Origin: Promethearchaeota archaeon
Lineage (GTDB): Archaea > Asgardarchaeota > Lokiarchaeia > Sigyniarchaeales > SOKP01
Length of the DNA stretch: 64,000 nucleotides
Direction: 5' to 3'
Assembly: GCA_020343655.1 (NCBI GenBank)
Contig: CP070805.1
Location: 1,742,458 to 1,806,457, forward strand
Notes under the pieces: model-generated
Told to the model about the DNA's origin: nothing
The model's input: the letters and a program-made list of their open reading frames with translations, nothing else
The model's database searches: none
Program-made: the position numbers and the translations under genes
Shown here: positions 60,581 to 64,000 of the stretch, in pieces
How the letters are laid out: the number at the start of each line of letters is the position of its first letter
Position numbering within the stretch: position 1 is the first letter of the stretch

Positions 60581-62680
60581 TTAAAACCTTCTGTCTTTTC
60601 TCCTTTTGATCAAAATAGTAGCAACACCAACTAATCCGACTCCCGCTATTAACACTATTAATGCCCAGAATCCTTCAGATTCAAATGTCATATAGACACT
60701 GAAAGTTGGATCATGCCAGATTCCGCTCCCGTCTTCGAATTCAGGATAACATACTGCCCACACCATTACGCTTAATTCCGTTTGGATTCTAATATCAGAA
60801 GAAAAGGTGCTAACCTCTTCCCCTCCCGCTATTACATAAGTATCATGCCTATCATGCTCCATTAACCATACCAAAAGTGGAATGATACTTGTACTAGCAT
60901 TAGCTAGCGATCTACTAGATTCACTTCCGTATTCATATTCTGGTCCAGCAATATCAACAAACTCGAGCTTATCATGAGCAGAGCCACCAATGTAATTTCC
61001 AATCATTAATTTATGTTGTGTACTCCTATAATCTTCTTGTTTTAAAAGTTCTGGAGGAGTTTCTGGAGGACTATCTAATGCTTGTTGTCGCGTAGCTATA
61101 TTAAGTTCAAAATGTAGAACTGTAGACACATATAGAATTGCTAGATCTAAATTTGGTATCGCTGCCTTAGCACCATAAGATTCAGGATGATTCCAGGGAG
61201 CAAAAAATTGATTTAATTTAACTAACCCATGTGCTGCACCTAACGTTGCATTAGCCTTTGGTTCGAATGTGAAACCAAAGTGAATATAATCGAGATTTTC
61301 TTGCGGTGCATTCAAATAAGAATGTAAATCAACACCTAAAGGAACAGCGGATATATTAGCATCTAAAATATCAATTCCCCATGAAACACTTTTATTACTT
61401 GGATCAATATTCGGGTTATCGAACATAAAGCCACCATTCACAGTTCCTAATATTAATCTATGCGTAAGTTCGGTACTATTAGGTACGTTAACAGTAGAAT
61501 TATCAATCATAATAGACTTGTAATTAGCTGAGATACCATCATCAGAATTAGTATCATTATATAAGAATGCTCCTGCTAAGTGATGGGTAAATAAATAGAA
61601 ATCGATATTGCATCCTTTAAAAGCATTTGCAATAAGGCCCTGTGCGTCCCCTCCACTATCTCCAGTAACAGCATCAAAAAGTGCGGCAATATCGATATGA
61701 ATCTCGAAATTCTTAATCCAAAGTTGAATTAAATCAAATGAGAATTGAGTCCAAATTGTTTCAGCAACGTTTCCATGTGTTGGGGTTAAAAGCCATTGCA
61801 TATAATTATCATTTCTACTATTAGCAGTATCGTTCCAAGTGGTTAACAGGTTTTCTCCAGCCGCACCGAAACTATTAATAGTCTGGTCAGCTAAAGGATC
61901 TAAATCCATATCATTTCCAGTCATATACCATTTTTTTGTAATATTAAATCCTTCTCCTGGAATTATATCTAATCTTTGCCACGTAATAGGATTTAAAATG
62001 AATAACTCATCTCCAGTAAAAATATCGTTGATGTGGATTATAAACCAAGTAAGCAATGAAATCCCATCCCGAATAAGGTCTACGGGAATTGTTCTACCTA
62101 AAAATTGATAGTCCAATACTTGCTTGAAAAAATTGAGTAATTTGGTTACAGCTGTAATAAATGATCGGTCATTATCCCAAATAATTAGAGTAACTGCTGC
62201 TCCTATCTCTATTGTATAATTATATTCACCTTGCTTTTCTACTACGCAATATGCATGCCCAAAATCTCCTAACATTGAAGTTGCTTCATCATTATATTCA
62301 TGAGGAGCAAAATAAATTTCACGGGAATCATTTTCAGCAGCGAAATTGTATTTACCCATAGGGATACGATGGGTTCGATTAGCGCTTAAAACAAACACAT
62401 TATCTAACATCTCATGTGATGTAAGATTTAATCCTTGAAGAAAAAGGGTTTCAAAAATCGATCCTAAAATTTTACCTCCATATCCCAAATGATTACCAAA
62501 TATCGCACCAAAACCCCCTCGAAAACCTTCAAAGATCCCGACATTAACTTGATCAATATTGAAAATATCATCGTAATCCTTTTCTTGACCCATGACTACC
62601 ATAGGCATTGAAAGTACAGAAGTGAAAACAATCGTAATGACCATCAGAGATTTTGTATTTAAATTTTTCATATTTCTCAC
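60581..62680 (-). CDS. large secreted, C-terminally anchored hypothetical surface protein
   Basis: N-terminal signal-like helix, C-terminal TM plus basic tail (IKRRKDRRF), at least 12 N-x-S/T sequons. Confidence 0.5.
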   Translation of the reverse strand: MRNMKNLNTKSLMVITIVFTSVLSMPMVVMGQEKDYDDIFNIDQVNVGIFEGFRGGFGAIFGNHLGYGGKILGSIFETLFLQGLNLTSHEMLDNVFVLSANRTHRIPMGKYNFAAENDSREIYFAPHEYNDEATSMLGDFGHAYCVVEKQGEYNYTIEIGAAVTLIIWDNDRSFITAVTKLLNFFKQVLDYQFLGRTIPVDLIRDGISLLTWFIIHINDIFTGDELFILNPITWQRLDIIPGEGFNITKKWYMTGNDMDLDPLADQTINSFGAAGENLLTTWNDTANSRNDNYMQWLLTPTHGNVAETIWTQFSFDLIQLWIKNFEIHIDIAALFDAVTGDSGGDAQGLIANAFKGCNIDFYLFTHHLAGAFLYNDTNSDDGISANYKSIMIDNSTVNVPNSTELTHRLILGTVNGGFMFDNPNIDPSNKSVSWGIDILDANISAVPLGVDLHSYLNAPQENLDYIHFGFTFEPKANATLGAAHGLVKLNQFFAPWNHPESYGAKAAIPNLDLAILYVSTVLHFELNIATRQQALDSPPETPPELLKQEDYRSTQHKLMIGNYIGGSAHDKLEFVDIAGPEYEYGSESSRSLANASTSIIPLLVWLMEHDRHDTYVIAGGEEVSTFSSDIRIQTELSVMVWAVCYPEFEDGSGIWHDPTFSVYMTFESEGFWALIVLIAGVGLVGVATILIKRRKDRRF

Positions 62681-62962
62681 ATACTTTTTGCAATTATAAA
62701 ATTAAGTTTAGTATTAAGGTAATAATCAAAATCTGACTTTTTAATAATTTTTGTTCTAATATAATAGAATCTTAAAATTTCCAAACTTTCACCATAATCC
62801 TAAGATACTAATGGAGCCATAATTGCATATATGCTTATTTCTTTATACCTATTATTATTATTTTATAATAGCTCTTTATAATAACAGTTAAAAATAAATA
62901 TTAATATATAAATATGAAAAAAGTTGTAAGATTTCCATTAAAGTTGTTAATCTTAAGTATTT

Positions 62963-63967
62963 TTATTCTACCTGAAAAAATGTATAAAAAAAAACGAAAA
63001 CATATAGTACTGCTGAAATCATCAAGCTTGAAAATCGTAAAAATCCAGATATTTCTGCAGTTGAGAAAATTACATTTGAGCCTATAAATATAGCAGCAAT
63101 AATATATCCTATCAAATGGCTTTTAAAGCCTTTAATTTTGCTTTTACCTTGAAAAAAGTTAATGATTGATGTGATAATTATAAAAATAAATCCCGCCAAA
63201 TAGAAAAGGCTAATCACTTCATAATTTCCAAGATCCAAAAAGAGAAAAAAGGCAAATAGGAATATTTCAAGAATTTTAATATTCCAAAAAGTTCGCTTTT
63301 TTGAAGGTTCTATTAAAAATTGCTCATACTCACTTATTCCAGCATTATAAAATAATAAAATGAAAGTACCAATTGCTAATGCAGTAAATAATGAATATGA
63401 AATAATAAAAAGATAAGGAAGTATCGGAAGCCAAATATCATTTAATAAGAAAGATGCTAAATTGAAGTATTCAGGTAAGACACTAATAGCACAGAAAATT
63501 GGTATTATTGATGATAAGACTATCATAAATCTCGTTATAAATGAAACTTTTGAATCTTCATCCCAAGCTTTTTTTCTAAAAGTTGTCAATCTCCATGCCA
63601 TAGAAGCAAAGCTAAGAATAGAGATAATTGGCGTAATTAATGGGAATATAAAAACAAGTAGAATATATATTGCATTTATCCCATAGAAGAACTTTAACCT
63701 TGATGGAACTACGCTTATTGTTTTATCAAAATTATCGAGAGTAGTAACAAATCGATTAATGAATAGAATCAAGAAGAATAACCACGAAATACTAAATATT
63801 GAAGGAGATAAAATCTTAATGACCACTAACGTAAGTAAATCATCGCTCGAATACCATAAATTAAAATCAGCAAAGTAATAAATCAAAAAAATTACTATGG
63901 GAACTGCGATTATTGAAATCAATATAATTAAGCGACTAATTATGATTCCTTTTATCTCCCTAGGCAT
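62963..63967 (-). CDS. polytopic integral membrane protein
   Basis: 334 aa with about 9-10 hydrophobic segments. Confidence 0.5.
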   Translation of the reverse strand: MPREIKGIIISRLIILISIIAVPIVIFLIYYFADFNLWYSSDDLLTLVVIKILSPSIFSISWLFFLILFINRFVTTLDNFDKTISVVPSRLKFFYGINAIYILLVFIFPLITPIISILSFASMAWRLTTFRKKAWDEDSKVSFITRFMIVLSSIIPIFCAISVLPEYFNLASFLLNDIWLPILPYLFIISYSLFTALAIGTFILLFYNAGISEYEQFLIEPSKKRTFWNIKILEIFLFAFFLFLDLGNYEVISLFYLAGFIFIIITSIINFFQGKSKIKGFKSHLIGYIIAAIFIGSNVIFSTAEISGFLRFSSLMISAVLYVFVFFYTFFQVE

Positions 63968-64000
63968 AATCTGTTTTAATAAATAGAATTTTTAATAATA

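Overview
This is an AT-rich (roughly 30% GC by eye), densely coding archaeal chromosome segment. It has about 65 credible protein genes on both strands. I recognised no rRNA, tRNA, CRISPR array, transposase or integrase. All functional calls come from motif and family recognition by eye; no searches were run.

Gene content points to an Asgard (Loki-type) archaeon. It includes TBP, TFS, CDC48, deoxyhypusine synthase, an eL22-like protein, form III RuBisCO next to ribose-1,5-bisphosphate isomerase, and a PSTK/KTI12-family kinase. It also has five intact Ras/Rab-like small GTPase genes plus one decayed copy, interleaved with V4R and longin/roadblock-like small proteins. Housekeeping genes include cysS, argS, uvrC, phosphohexomutase, a ROK kinase, an aminotransferase, an acyl-CoA synthetase and two ABC exporter sets behind a PadR regulator.

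Observations most worth follow-up:
1. Two separate co-directional GTPase-V4R-GTPase cassettes. One contains a thioredoxin-like gene. The other contains a GTPase paralog without a P-loop and a GTPase relic.
2. A diverged duplicate of the last 48 codons of cysS. It brackets a TPR/zinc-finger gene, like the scar of an integration into the cysS 3' end.
3. A GC-rich, 119-nt stem-closed element in a divergent intergenic region, a candidate ncRNA of unknown class.
4. A translationally coupled MoxR AAA+ / TraB-like gene pair.
5. A gene built of eleven 105-bp tandem repeats.
6. A shared RING/PHD-spaced zinc-finger module in two nearby genes.
7. A DUF362 gene interrupted by a single in-frame TAA.
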